DNA of 43,521 nt from Oscillospiraceae bacterium (GCA_019420135.1 JAHZHS010000003.1:1824-45344); one strand, 5' to 3'; numbered from the stretch's first letter, positions 9,120-18,719 are shown. Translations and numbers: made by a program. The notes: generated by a model from the letters alone, not told the origin.

Positions 9120-10661
9120 ATGAGGACCAAACGCACCATCATCAATCTGCTGTACACCCTGGGCTCCAGCTTTGTGCTGCTGTTGCTGGGCCTCGTCGCC
9201 CGGGCACTGTTTGTCTCCAACTTCGACATCACCATCCCCGGCACCTCCACCGTCATCGAACAGCTGTTCAGCGTCTTTTCCATCGCCGAGTTCGGCGTGG
9301 GCAGCGTCATCAGCTACCGGCTGTATGAACAGATCGCCGCCAAAGACGTGGACAAGATCAGCAAATACATGTCGCTGTACAAGTGGACCTACCGCCTCAT
9401 CGGCGGGGCTATCTTTGTGCTGGCGGCCCTCTTCTGGTTTTTGCTGCCCCTGCTCATTGTGGAGGCCAACACCGACTGGGACGCCGTCCATGCCATCTAC
9501 ATTTTGCAGACGCTGTCCACTCTGTCCAGCTATTTTCTCGTCACCCGGCGGCTGCTCTACACCTGCACCCAGCAGGGCTATGTCTGCACCCGCATCGACT
9601 TCGCCTTCAACGTCCTCACCTATCTGGCGAGAATTTACATCTCGTTGAATTACGCCAACAATTACATTCTGTATTTTGGCATTACCATCCTGTTCAACAC
9701 CCTGGCCAACGTGGTGGTGGCCTGGCGCTACCACCGGGACTTCCCCGAGGTCCGGGACGTCCGGGTCTCCTGGACGGATTTCAGGGAGCTGGGGCTCTTC
9801 CGGGATCTGCGGTACTATCTGGTCCACCGGGTGTCCAACGCCATCTACGGCACCTCCGACAGCCTGGTCATGACCCGCATGCGGGGTTCTGCCAGCGTCA
9901 CCTATCTGGGCAACTACTCCAACGTCTCCTCCTCGGTAACGAACATCGGCAACAAGATCCTGGACAGCTTCGCCGCCGCCATCGGCAACATCGTCTACGA
10001 CAAGACCGCCGAGGCCGACGATCACCAGAAAAAGGTTTTCTGGAGCATGGACCTGTTCAGCTATCTCTTCGGCAGCTTTGTGGCGGTGGCCTATTTCTGC
10101 ATCTTCCAGCCCTTCGTCACGGTATGGCTGGGCAGCCAGTGGCTGTTGCCCATGTCCTACGTCTTCTGGTTCTGCCTGAACGAGTACGTGGGCTGGAACC
10201 ACCGGATGCTGGGCTCCTACCGCGCCGTGCTGGGCCATTTTGAGGAGGACCAGTGGTTCATGGTGGCCAGCGGCGTCTCCAACCTGGTACTGAGCTTTGT
10301 GCTGGTCATCCCCTTCGGGCTGGCCGGCGTGGTGGCCGCCACCGTCTTCGCCCACTGCCTCATGTGGTTCGGCCGGGCCAGGGTGGTGTTCCACCGCTTC
10401 ATGCGGGGCTGCGGCGGGCGGTATCTCCGCCTGCAGCTCTGCCATGCCCTCACCCTGGCCGCCGACATGGCCGCCACCTGGTGGGTCTGCTCCCTGCTGG
10501 GGGGCGGATGGCTGGGGGTCATCGCCCGGGCGGTGGTGGTGTGCATCCTGCCCAACGCCATGAACCTGGTCTTTTACGGCTTCACCAGCGACGCCGAATA
10601 CCTGCGGGGCCGGGCTCTCCAGCTGTGGCTCCGCATCGCCGCCCGCAAAAAGGAGGTCTGA
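9120..10661 (+). CDS. Wzx-like oligosaccharide flippase (MOP superfamily)
   Basis: 513 aa with many hydrophobic helices, AEFGVG motif, located within a glycosyltransferase cluster. Confidence 0.85.
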   Translation: MRTKRTIINLLYTLGSSFVLLLLGLVARALFVSNFDITIPGTSTVIEQLFSVFSIAEFGVGSVISYRLYEQIAAKDVDKISKYMSLYKWTYRLIGGAIFVLAALFWFLLPLLIVEANTDWDAVHAIYILQTLSTLSSYFLVTRRLLYTCTQQGYVCTRIDFAFNVLTYLARIYISLNYANNYILYFGITILFNTLANVVVAWRYHRDFPEVRDVRVSWTDFRELGLFRDLRYYLVHRVSNAIYGTSDSLVMTRMRGSASVTYLGNYSNVSSSVTNIGNKILDSFAAAIGNIVYDKTAEADDHQKKVFWSMDLFSYLFGSFVAVAYFCIFQPFVTVWLGSQWLLPMSYVFWFCLNEYVGWNHRMLGSYRAVLGHFEEDQWFMVASGVSNLVLSFVLVIPFGLAGVVAATVFAHCLMWFGRARVVFHRFMRGCGGRYLRLQLCHALTLAADMAATWWVCSLLGGGWLGVIARAVVVCILPNAMNLVFYGFTSDAEYLRGRALQLWLRIAARKKEV

Positions 10662-10667
10662 CACCCC

Positions 10668-11543
10668 ATGTCCAGCCCTGTTTCCGATGCCCGGCCCACC
10701 GTGGCGGTGCTCTACATCTGCACCGGCAAGTACACGGTGTTCTGGCCCGACTTTTACAAGACCTTCCGGCAGAATTTCCTGCCCGAGTGCGACAAGACCT
10801 TTTTCGTCTTTACCGACGCCCCTTTCCTGGCCTTTGACGGGGAGCCGGACGTCCGCCGCATCTATCAGGAGGCCTACGACTGGCCGCTGAGCACCCTTTT
10901 GCGGTTTGAGATGTTCCTGACCCGGGAGTACGAGCTGAAATCCTTCGACTACCTGTTCTTCGCCAACGCCAACCTGCTGTGTGAGCAGGTGGTGACGGCG
11001 GAGGAATTCCTGCCCCGCACCGAACAGGGGGAGGTGCTGCTGGTGGTGCAGCAGCCGGGATTCTGGGACAAGACGCCCCCCTTTTACTCCTACGACCGCA
11101 ACCCCAGGTGCCGGGCCTACATTCCCTACAACTGCGGGCGGGACTATGTGTCGGGGGGGCTCAACGGCGGCACGGCCAAGGCCTTTCTGGCCATGTGCCA
11201 TGTGCTGGCCAGGCGCACCGACGAGGACCTGGCCGAGGGGGTCATCGCCCTGTGGCATGACGAGAGCCAGCTCAACCGCTACATTGCCGAGCTGGACCCC
11301 GCCCGGTACCGCCTGCTGACCCCCGCCTACTGGTACCCGGAGGGCTGGCATCTGCCCTTTGAGCCCAAGATCACGGTGCGGGACAAGTCCAAGTGGATCG
11401 ACATGACCGCCGTGAAGGGCAAAAAGCGGGAGCTGAGCTTTGCCGCCCGCAAGTGGGACGCTTTCTGCCAGAACTACCTGCCGGTGTTTCTGGCGGTGCG
11501 GGACACCCTGATGCTCAAACATCTGCCCCGGCACGACCCCTGA
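10668..11543 (+). CDS. GT6 family glycosyltransferase (ABO-type alpha-1,3-GalNAc/Gal transferase), NXN type
   Basis: LYICTGKY, FVFTD, W...TLLRF, YLFFANANL (NXN in place of DXD), YDRNP, YVSGGLNGG, WHDESQLNRY. Confidence 0.93.
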   Translation: MSSPVSDARPTVAVLYICTGKYTVFWPDFYKTFRQNFLPECDKTFFVFTDAPFLAFDGEPDVRRIYQEAYDWPLSTLLRFEMFLTREYELKSFDYLFFANANLLCEQVVTAEEFLPRTEQGEVLLVVQQPGFWDKTPPFYSYDRNPRCRAYIPYNCGRDYVSGGLNGGTAKAFLAMCHVLARRTDEDLAEGVIALWHDESQLNRYIAELDPARYRLLTPAYWYPEGWHLPFEPKITVRDKSKWIDMTAVKGKKRELSFAARKWDAFCQNYLPVFLAVRDTLMLKHLPRHDP

Positions 11544-11570
11544 CCTTTGCTCCCTGAAAGGAGGGCCTCT

Positions 11571-13352
11571 ATGCAGGCAACCAAACGACACATCGGCCCC
11601 GAGCATTTCATCGCGGCGCTGCTGGTTCTGCTGGCGGCGGCCTCGGTGGTCAAGACGCTGTTTGTGGGCCTTGAGATCGACGAGGAATACGCCCTGTCCA
11701 TCGGCTGGCGGCTGATCCAGGGGGACAGCCTTTTCTACACCATGTGGGAACCCCACCAGCTCTCCGCCCTGGCCGACGCCGCCCTCATGTGGCCGTACTG
11801 GGCCGTCACCGGCACCACCACCGGCATTTTGCTGTATATGCGGGTGGTCACCCTGGTGCTCAAGGCGCTGCTGGCCATCTGGTTCTACCGCACCATGGGC
11901 CGCACCCTTGCCCCCCGCACCGCCTTTCTGGCGGCGCTGGCGGTGTTCGTCTACACCCCCAAGTGGTTTCTGGCGCCGGACTACATCTCCCAGCAGTTCC
12001 ACTTCACCCTGGCGGCCTTCCTCTGCTTTTACGGCTACTATGCCGACGGCTGCAAAAAACTGTGGCGGATGGTGCCGGGCGGCATTTTCCTCAGCCTCAG
12101 CGTCCTGGCCTTCCCCCAGAGCGCCTTTGCCGCCCCCGTCTACCTCATCGGCATGTTCCTGCTGGGCCGCCGGGCCGGGGAAAAACGGTTCCTCGCCCTG
12201 CCCGCCGGCATGGTGGTGACGCTGCTCACCTGTATGGTCTGCGCGGGAGCCTTCCTGCTCTACGTGCTGCAGAATATGTCGGTGCAGACGCTGATCGCCC
12301 GGGCCACCCTCATCCTCAACGATCCCCAGTATGACTTCTCCTTCGCCGACCGGATGGCCCTGCTGGGCAGTCAGGCCGCCGATGTGGGCAAGTTCCTGGC
12401 AAAACCGGCGGGCGTGGCCCTGGCCGTGGTGGCGGCGGGCATCGCCCGGGACATCTCCCTGCGCCGGGAACGCCCCATCCGCAACATCCGGTACTGGCTC
12501 AACATCCTGTTCGCCCTTTTCTCCGCCGCCACGGTGCTTCTGTGCCTGGCCCGGGCGCTGCGGGATTCCAGCCTGGATGAGCGCTTCTTCTGCCCCGTGC
12601 TGGTGATCGCGGGGCTGTGGTTCTTCCGGTCGGGACGGGGCACCGCCCGGGACCCCCTCTTCTGGCTGGGATATCTGCCCGGGGTGGTGGCCTACCTCTT
12701 CATCCTGCGGTCGACGCTGCTGGGATTTTCGGCCACCTTCATGTACCTGACCTGGCCGGGACTCTGCGCCGTGCTGGCCCTGGCCCTGCAGACCCGGGCC
12801 GCCGAAAACGGCGACACCGACCCCTGCACCCCCTACGCCGTGGACGCCGACTGGGCCGACGGCATCCTGCTGGCCTTTCTCGCCTTTCTGGTGGTCTGCC
12901 GGGCTTTCCTGGTGCTGACCACCGGCTGGAAGCCCGCCAACGTGCTGGACACCCCGCTCTCCCGCCTGTCCGACGGCCCCGCCGCCGGAACCTGGGCCGA
13001 CGAGGAAACCGCCGACATGTACTATGCCCTGGAAAAGGCCCTGGACGGCCAGGAGGGCAAGAAGGTGCTGATCTCCACCGGCAACGTGGACGGTCTGGCC
13101 TTCCTGATGGCGGACGGCAGGCTGGAGACTGCCCAGGCATCGGTGATCTCCTCCACCGACAGCGACAGCCGCTTTGCCAGCTACTATCTGGAACTGCCCC
13201 AAAAGACCCCCGACATCATCCTCTACAATCACAACTGCATCCGGGACCTGGATGAGTTCCATGCCTGGCTGGAGAACAATTTCACCATCTCCGGCCGGGA
13301 AACGGTGACCTACGGCAGCGCCTCGCTGGAAGTGCTGACGGTGGAACACTGA
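11571..13352 (+). CDS. Polytopic membrane protein, putative GT-C glycosyltransferase (or Wzy-like polymerase)
   Basis: First TM followed by an acidic loop (GLEIDEEYA), then many TM helices and a soluble C-terminal domain, i.e. GT-C-like architecture. AAAGGAGG RBS. Confidence 0.6.
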   Translation: MQATKRHIGPEHFIAALLVLLAAASVVKTLFVGLEIDEEYALSIGWRLIQGDSLFYTMWEPHQLSALADAALMWPYWAVTGTTTGILLYMRVVTLVLKALLAIWFYRTMGRTLAPRTAFLAALAVFVYTPKWFLAPDYISQQFHFTLAAFLCFYGYYADGCKKLWRMVPGGIFLSLSVLAFPQSAFAAPVYLIGMFLLGRRAGEKRFLALPAGMVVTLLTCMVCAGAFLLYVLQNMSVQTLIARATLILNDPQYDFSFADRMALLGSQAADVGKFLAKPAGVALAVVAAGIARDISLRRERPIRNIRYWLNILFALFSAATVLLCLARALRDSSLDERFFCPVLVIAGLWFFRSGRGTARDPLFWLGYLPGVVAYLFILRSTLLGFSATFMYLTWPGLCAVLALALQTRAAENGDTDPCTPYAVDADWADGILLAFLAFLVVCRAFLVLTTGWKPANVLDTPLSRLSDGPAAGTWADEETADMYYALEKALDGQEGKKVLISTGNVDGLAFLMADGRLETAQASVISSTDSDSRFASYYLELPQKTPDIILYNHNCIRDLDEFHAWLENNFTISGRETVTYGSASLEVLTVEH

Positions 13353-13376
13353 CCGCTTTCCTTTTCAAACGCATTT

Positions 13377-13409
13377 CCCCGCGGCAAAAACAGGCCGCGG
13401 GGCTTTTTT
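13377..13409 (+). terminator. Intrinsic terminator ending the first glycan block
   Basis: Stem CCCCGCGGC/GCCGCGGGG followed by CTTTTTT. Confidence 0.8.
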
Positions 13410-13414
13410 GTGCG

Positions 13415-13443
13415 CTGACAAACGGGGCGGGATGTGGTATCAT
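13415..13443 (+). promoter_or_regulatory. SigA-type promoter of the five-gene modification operon
   Basis: CTGACA-17 bp-TATCAT with extended -10 TG. Confidence 0.65.
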
Positions 13444-13503
13444 ATAGGGGATTGGGGAAAGTGTCTGCCTTTCCCCCAGCCTGACAGAGGGAGGCATCCT
13501 GTT

Positions 13504-14301
13504 TTGCCAAAGAAATTTCTGATCTTCATTCCGGCCTACAACTGCGAGCATCAGGTCCCGCCGGCGCTGAAACTGCTGCAGCACCCCACGGTCCAGGCCT
13601 CTGCGGGGCAATGCATCGTGGTGAACAACCGCTCCACCGACGGCACCGAAGAGGCGGTGAAATCCTGGATGGCCGCCCACCCCGACGCCCCGGTACGCCT
13701 TTTGCGCAACGATGAAAACTATGGCCTGGGCGGCAGCCATAAAGTGGCCTTCGGCTATGCCATCGACCACGGCTACGACTACCTGGTGGTGCTCCACGGG
13801 GACGACCAGGGAGACGTGCGGGATCTGTGCCCCCTGGTGGAGTCGGGCGAATACCAGAACTACGACTGCTGCCTGGGCTCCCGGTTCATGCGGGGCAGCC
13901 GCATCAAAGGGTACAGCGCACTGCGCATCTTCGGCAACTACGGGTTCAACTGGCTGTTCAGCCTGGTGACGCTGCACAAGATCACCGACCTGGGCAGCGG
14001 GCTCAACCTGTACAAGGTGGCCTCCCTGAAAAACCGGTACTATCTCAAGTTCCCCGATACCCTCTACTTCAACGACTGCATGATCCTGGCCCAGTGCCAT
14101 TACAAGCAGAAGATGCTGTTTTTCCCCATCAGCTGGCGGGAGGAGGACCAGGTGTCCAACACCAAACTGACCAGCTTTGCCATGAGCCTGCTGCGCATGT
14201 GCGGCCAGTACCTGACCGGCCACAAAAAGTTCGTGGAACAGGAAATGCGCACCAAGATCATTGACGATTACAGCTATCAGGTGGTGGCATCCAACCTGTG
14301 A
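13504..14301 (+). CDS. GT2 polyprenol-phosphate glycosyltransferase (DPM1/GtrB-like)
   Basis: IPAYN, VNNRSTDGT, NYGLGGSHK, HGDDQ, GSRF, TDLGSG, FPISW. TTG start after GGGAGG. Confidence 0.85.
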   Translation: MPKKFLIFIPAYNCEHQVPPALKLLQHPTVQASAGQCIVVNNRSTDGTEEAVKSWMAAHPDAPVRLLRNDENYGLGGSHKVAFGYAIDHGYDYLVVLHGDDQGDVRDLCPLVESGEYQNYDCCLGSRFMRGSRIKGYSALRIFGNYGFNWLFSLVTLHKITDLGSGLNLYKVASLKNRYYLKFPDTLYFNDCMILAQCHYKQKMLFFPISWREEDQVSNTKLTSFAMSLLRMCGQYLTGHKKFVEQEMRTKIIDDYSYQVVASNL

Positions 14302-14393
14302 GGGGAGGGGCCTGCAAAACGCCGCCCGTCCGCCTATAAAGAATCGCCCAAATAATCAAAAATCCCACAGATACCCCAAAAGGAGGATTTTCC

Positions 14394-15428
14394 ATGAAAG
14401 TATTGGTCACCGGCGCCGCCGGCTTCATCGGCGGTCAGCTCTGCCACGCCCTGTGGAAGCGGGGGGACACCGTCATCGGCATCGACAACTTCTCCTACGG
14501 CAATTTGGATAACCTCCACTTCGACGACCACGACTTCGCCGCCGACGTGCTGCGCATGGACATCCGCGACCGGGAAAAGCTCCCCGCCCTGTTTGAGCAG
14601 GAACACTTCGACGTGGTGTACAACATCGCCGGCATCGCCCCCCTGCCCGACTGCCAGAGCGACCCGGTGGAGGCTGTGTCGGTGAACACCATGGGCCTTG
14701 TGAACCTCCTGGAACTCTGCCGCCGCACCGGCGTCAAGCATCTGGTCCAGGCGTCCACCAACGCCATGTACGAAAACGAGACCGAGTTCCCCACTGTGGA
14801 GGACAAGTTCAATCCTCCCACCCTGATCTACCCCAACACCAAATACTGCGCCGAGCAGTTCTGCCGCAGCTTTGCCACCACCTACAACATGAACGTCACC
14901 TGCCTGCGGTTTGCCAACGTCTACGGCCCCCACATCGACTGCCTGCGCAAACAGCCCCCCTTTGTGGGCTATATGATCCGGGAACTGTACTATGACCGGG
15001 TGCCCGAGTTCCACTCCGACGGCAACCAGCGCCGGGACTATATCTATGTGGACGACCTCATCGACCTGGCCCTGCGGGTCACCGACCGCAAGGGCTTTGA
15101 CGCCGTCAACGTGTCCAGCAACACCAACTACTCGGTGCGGGAACTGTACGCCATCGCCTGCCGCCTGATGCACAAGGACATCGAGGCCAAATACTGGGAT
15201 ACCGCTCACTACTGGGCCAAATACCCCGAACTGTACGGCGGCGCCTACGGCATCCGCCCCGAAATCCTCGACCACGAGGTCAACAAGTATTCCCTGTGCG
15301 ACAACGCCCACGCCAAAGAACTGTACGGCTGGCAGCCCAAGGTCTCCATCGAGGAGGGCCTGGCCCGGGTCATCGACAACGAGTGCGCCATGCTGGCCGC
15401 CCGGGACGCCGCAGCCGCAAAGGAGTGA
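14394..15428 (+). CDS. NAD-dependent nucleotide-sugar epimerase/dehydratase (extended SDR)
   Basis: TGAAGFIG, YPNTK (YxxxK), RFANVYGP, DGNQRRDYIYVDD. Confidence 0.93.
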   Translation: MKVLVTGAAGFIGGQLCHALWKRGDTVIGIDNFSYGNLDNLHFDDHDFAADVLRMDIRDREKLPALFEQEHFDVVYNIAGIAPLPDCQSDPVEAVSVNTMGLVNLLELCRRTGVKHLVQASTNAMYENETEFPTVEDKFNPPTLIYPNTKYCAEQFCRSFATTYNMNVTCLRFANVYGPHIDCLRKQPPFVGYMIRELYYDRVPEFHSDGNQRRDYIYVDDLIDLALRVTDRKGFDAVNVSSNTNYSVRELYAIACRLMHKDIEAKYWDTAHYWAKYPELYGGAYGIRPEILDHEVNKYSLCDNAHAKELYGWQPKVSIEEGLARVIDNECAMLAARDAAAAKE

Positions 15429-15437
15429 TTTTCCCCC

Positions 15438-16193
15438 ATGTCCAAGCTTCACCTTGTCATGCCCATGGCGGGCCGGGGCAGCCGCTTTTTTGAAAACGGC
15501 TTTGTCTGCCCCAAGCCCCTCATTGAGATCCACGGCAAGCCCTTTTTCTACTGGGCGGCCCGGAGCATCGCCAAAAACATCGACCTGGACGGCATCACCT
15601 TTGTGGTGCTGAAGGAACATCTGAAAGACTTTGACCTGGAACGCCGCATCCGGGCCTACTGGCCCGACGCCCGCATCGTCGCCCTGGACGACGTCACCCC
15701 CGGGGCGGCGGTCACCTGCCGGGAAGGCTGCAAGGATCTGCCCGACGGCGTGCCGGTGCTCTTCAACGACTGCGACCATCTCTTCCTCTGCTCCGCCTTC
15801 GACGACTTCTGCCGGGCAGGGGATTTTGCCGCCGGGCCCGACGGGGCGCTGCTGACCTTCGACTCCGACTCTCCCGCCTACAGCTACCTGCAGTACGGGG
15901 AGGACGGCCTCGTCCGCCGCACGGTGGAAAAAGAGGTGGTCAGCCATGACGCCATCTGCGGGGCCTACTACTTCAAGGACAAGGCCACCTATCTGGAGGC
16001 CTGCGCCAAGTATCTCACCGTCTGCCAGTACAAGGAATTCTTTGTCTCGGGCGTCTACAACGTGCTGGCCGGGGAGGGCAAGACCGTCCGCGGCTTTGCC
16101 ACCGACCTGCACCTGCCCTTCGGCACCCCCGCCGAGTACGCCCTGGCTGAACAGCCCCAAAACGCCGCAGGCTTCGAGGCACTGGACCAATGA
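15438..16193 (+). CDS. Sugar-phosphate nucleotidyltransferase (NTP_transferase-like)
   Basis: MPMAGRGSRF...PKPLI, GAAVT, NDCD, VEKEVVS, EFFVSGVYN, FGTP. Confidence 0.85.
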   Translation: MSKLHLVMPMAGRGSRFFENGFVCPKPLIEIHGKPFFYWAARSIAKNIDLDGITFVVLKEHLKDFDLERRIRAYWPDARIVALDDVTPGAAVTCREGCKDLPDGVPVLFNDCDHLFLCSAFDDFCRAGDFAAGPDGALLTFDSDSPAYSYLQYGEDGLVRRTVEKEVVSHDAICGAYYFKDKATYLEACAKYLTVCQYKEFFVSGVYNVLAGEGKTVRGFATDLHLPFGTPAEYALAEQPQNAAGFEALDQ

Positions 16194-18127
16194 CCGCTGT
16201 TTTGCTGTTGCTGGCGTCGGTGGTGTTGCTGCTGCTCGGCCATCTGTTCCGCATCCTGCGGTGGGAGCAGTTCATCCGCATCTATGAGCGGCCCATGCGG
16301 GGCGCCATGCTGCGGGGCATGGCGGGGGGCTACGCCGTCAACTTTCTTTTGCCCTTCCACGTGGGCGACCTCTTCCGCGCCTGGTTCACCGGCCGGAAAA
16401 TGAAAAACGGGGTGGGCTTTGCCCTGGCCACCGTCATCATGGACCGGTTTCTCGACGTCTGGCTGGTGACGCTGCTCTTCGGCGTCTTCCGCCTCACCGG
16501 CGCCTCCGGCGTGGCGGACGAGACCCACTATTACCTGGCCTTCTCCGCCGCCCTGGCCCTGGCCCTGGTGCTGGTCATCCGGCTGCGGGGACCCATCAAG
16601 CGGCTCTGCCTCAAGGTCTGCGGCATCTTCAACGATACCCTCAAGCTGGACGGCCTGGTTTTCTGCTGGAGCCTCATCAATACCTTCAAGGACCTGGGCC
16701 GGGTGCGCCTGTCCCGCCTGGCGGTGAACACCGCCCTCATGTGGGCGTCCTACCTGGCCTCCTACCGGGTACTGGCCGAGGGCCTCTCCCGCCTGGGGGC
16801 CGACATCGGCATGGTGGAGGTATTCACCATGCTGTTCGGCCGGGACGCGGTGGACGTGACCAGCTTTGCCCTCACCGGCCGCCTCCACGACAGCGCCCCC
16901 CTGGCCCAGGCCATGATGCTGGCCTGGTACATCCTGCCGCTGCTGGTCATGTGGGCGGTGACGCTGCTGCCCGAAGCCCTGCGCAGCGGCATGAACCGCG
17001 CGGCGACGGCCGCCGCCCCCGCCCCCTCCGACGGGGACGACTACCTGAACCTGCTGCCCCAGGTGGACCCCCGGGACCGCAGCGCCTTTCTCAGCCAGTA
17101 TTTCAGCCTGCAGAACAAACCCTTTGTGGAACAATTCCTGCGCATCAACCGGGGGGTCACCATTCTGGAGGACCACTCGGCGGGGTCCAACGCCACCACC
17201 ATGCTGTGCATGGACCATTCGGGGACCTTCTGGCGCAAGTACGCCTTCGGGGCGGACGGGGACAAGCTGGCGGTGCAGTTGGACTGGCTCCGGGCCCAGG
17301 AGGGCCGCCTGCCCCTGTGCAACATCCTGCGGGGTCAGGCCGAGCCCGGCTGCTGCTGGTACGACATGGAATACTCCGCCCAGGCGGTGAGCATGTTCCG
17401 CTATCTCCACTCCAACCCGGTGGAAAAGAGCGCCGCCATCCTGCGGGATGTGCTGGATACCCTGGACAAGACCCTCTACACCCCCGCAAAACCTGCCGAC
17501 CCCGCCGCCCTGGCCCAGTACCTGGACAAGAAGGTGGACGGCAACCTGGCCCGCATCCGGGAGGCCCGGGGCCTGCGGGAGCTGTGCGAGTACGACCGGG
17601 TGTGGATCAACGGCAGCTCCTACCTGGGCCTGCCCGCCCTGGGAAGGCTCTTTGACCGGGCCTACCTGACGGACCTGTTTGCCGGCGATCCCATCGCCAC
17701 CATTCACGGCGACCTGACGCTGGAAAACATCATCTGCCGCACGGGGGCGGATACCTGGTATCTCATCGACCCCAACACCGGCAACCTGCACGAAAGTCCC
17801 TTCCTGGATTACGGCAAACTGCTGCAAAGCCTTCACGGGGGCTACGAGTTCATGATGATGACTCCCCGGGTGTCGGTGCATGAAAACCGCATCGAGTTCA
17901 CCTTCACCCGGTCCGCCGCCTACGACGCCCTCTTTGCCGAGGTGCGCGCCTATCTGGAAAGCCGGTACACCCCGCGGCAGGTGGAGAGCATCTTCCTCCA
18001 CGAACTGATCCACTGGCTGCGGCTGATGCCCTACAAGATCTCCAGGGACCGCAAGCGGGCGCCCATGTTCTTTGCAGGGCTTCTGATGGTGGCCAACGAC
18101 ATTGCCCGGTGGTATCCCCACCCCTGA
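16190..18127 (+). CDS. Fusion: lysylphosphatidylglycerol-synthase TM (UPF0104/flippase-like) domain plus APH/choline-kinase-like phosphotransferase
   Basis: N-terminal half has R.LRW, GYAVNFLLPFHVGDLFRA and ATVIMDRFLD. C-terminal half has SAGSNA, RK, HGDLTLENI, LIDPN and DYGK. Confidence 0.85.
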   Translation: MTAVLLLLASVVLLLLGHLFRILRWEQFIRIYERPMRGAMLRGMAGGYAVNFLLPFHVGDLFRAWFTGRKMKNGVGFALATVIMDRFLDVWLVTLLFGVFRLTGASGVADETHYYLAFSAALALALVLVIRLRGPIKRLCLKVCGIFNDTLKLDGLVFCWSLINTFKDLGRVRLSRLAVNTALMWASYLASYRVLAEGLSRLGADIGMVEVFTMLFGRDAVDVTSFALTGRLHDSAPLAQAMMLAWYILPLLVMWAVTLLPEALRSGMNRAATAAAPAPSDGDDYLNLLPQVDPRDRSAFLSQYFSLQNKPFVEQFLRINRGVTILEDHSAGSNATTMLCMDHSGTFWRKYAFGADGDKLAVQLDWLRAQEGRLPLCNILRGQAEPGCCWYDMEYSAQAVSMFRYLHSNPVEKSAAILRDVLDTLDKTLYTPAKPADPAALAQYLDKKVDGNLARIREARGLRELCEYDRVWINGSSYLGLPALGRLFDRAYLTDLFAGDPIATIHGDLTLENIICRTGADTWYLIDPNTGNLHESPFLDYGKLLQSLHGGYEFMMMTPRVSVHENRIEFTFTRSAAYDALFAEVRAYLESRYTPRQVESIFLHELIHWLRLMPYKISRDRKRAPMFFAGLLMVANDIARWYPHP

Positions 18128-18143
18128 ATCACGAGGTATTCTT

Positions 18144-18719
18144 ATGGAATGCAACTATCCCACCGCCGTGCTGGTGGATCTGGACGGCACCCTCTTTGAC
18201 ACGGTGGCGGTGAATGCCGCCAGCTACCGCCGGGCGCTGGAGGAGGTGGGCTTCACCCTCACCGACGAATACTACGCCGAACACTGCAACGGCAAGAATT
18301 ACCGGGATTTTCTTCCCCCGATCCTGGAGGAGTACGGCGACGACCTGGACATGATCGAGCAGATTCACGACCACAAGAAGGCATATTACTCCCAGTGCCT
18401 GGGTTCGGCGCGGAAAAACGAGGCCCTCTTTGCCCTGCTGGACGCCCTGCGGCCCATGTCCTATCTGGGGGTGGTCACCACCGGAAGCCGCCAGAATGCC
18501 ACCGAGATCCTCGATCACTTCGGCTGCCGGGACTGGTTCCATCTGATTGTGACCTCGGAGGACGTGGAGCACAACAAGCCCGACCCGGAAGGGTATCTGC
18601 AGGCCATGGAGCTTCTGGGCTCCACCCCCGAGACCACGGTGATCTTTGAGGATTCCCCCACCGGCCTTGCCGCCGCCCGGGCCACCGGCGCCGCCGTCTT
18701 TGCGGTGGACCGGTTCTGA
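18144..18719 (+). CDS. HAD-family phosphatase
   Basis: DLDGTLFDT, VTT, KPDPEGY, FEDSPTG. Confidence 0.92.
   Translation: MECNYPTAVLVDLDGTLFDTVAVNAASYRRALEEVGFTLTDEYYAEHCNGKNYRDFLPPILEEYGDDLDMIEQIHDHKKAYYSQCLGSARKNEALFALLDALRPMSYLGVVTTGSRQNATEILDHFGCRDWFHLIVTSEDVEHNKPDPEGYLQAMELLGSTPETTVIFEDSPTGLAAARATGAAVFAVDRF

Noticed and set aside
9099..13349. 1416-aa minus-strand ORF, and similar long antisense ORFs at 6752, 14334, 16055, 28642, 32326, 36874 and 41076
   Set aside because: Shadow ORFs expected opposite high-GC3 genes; no motifs, and the sense strand holds clear proteins.
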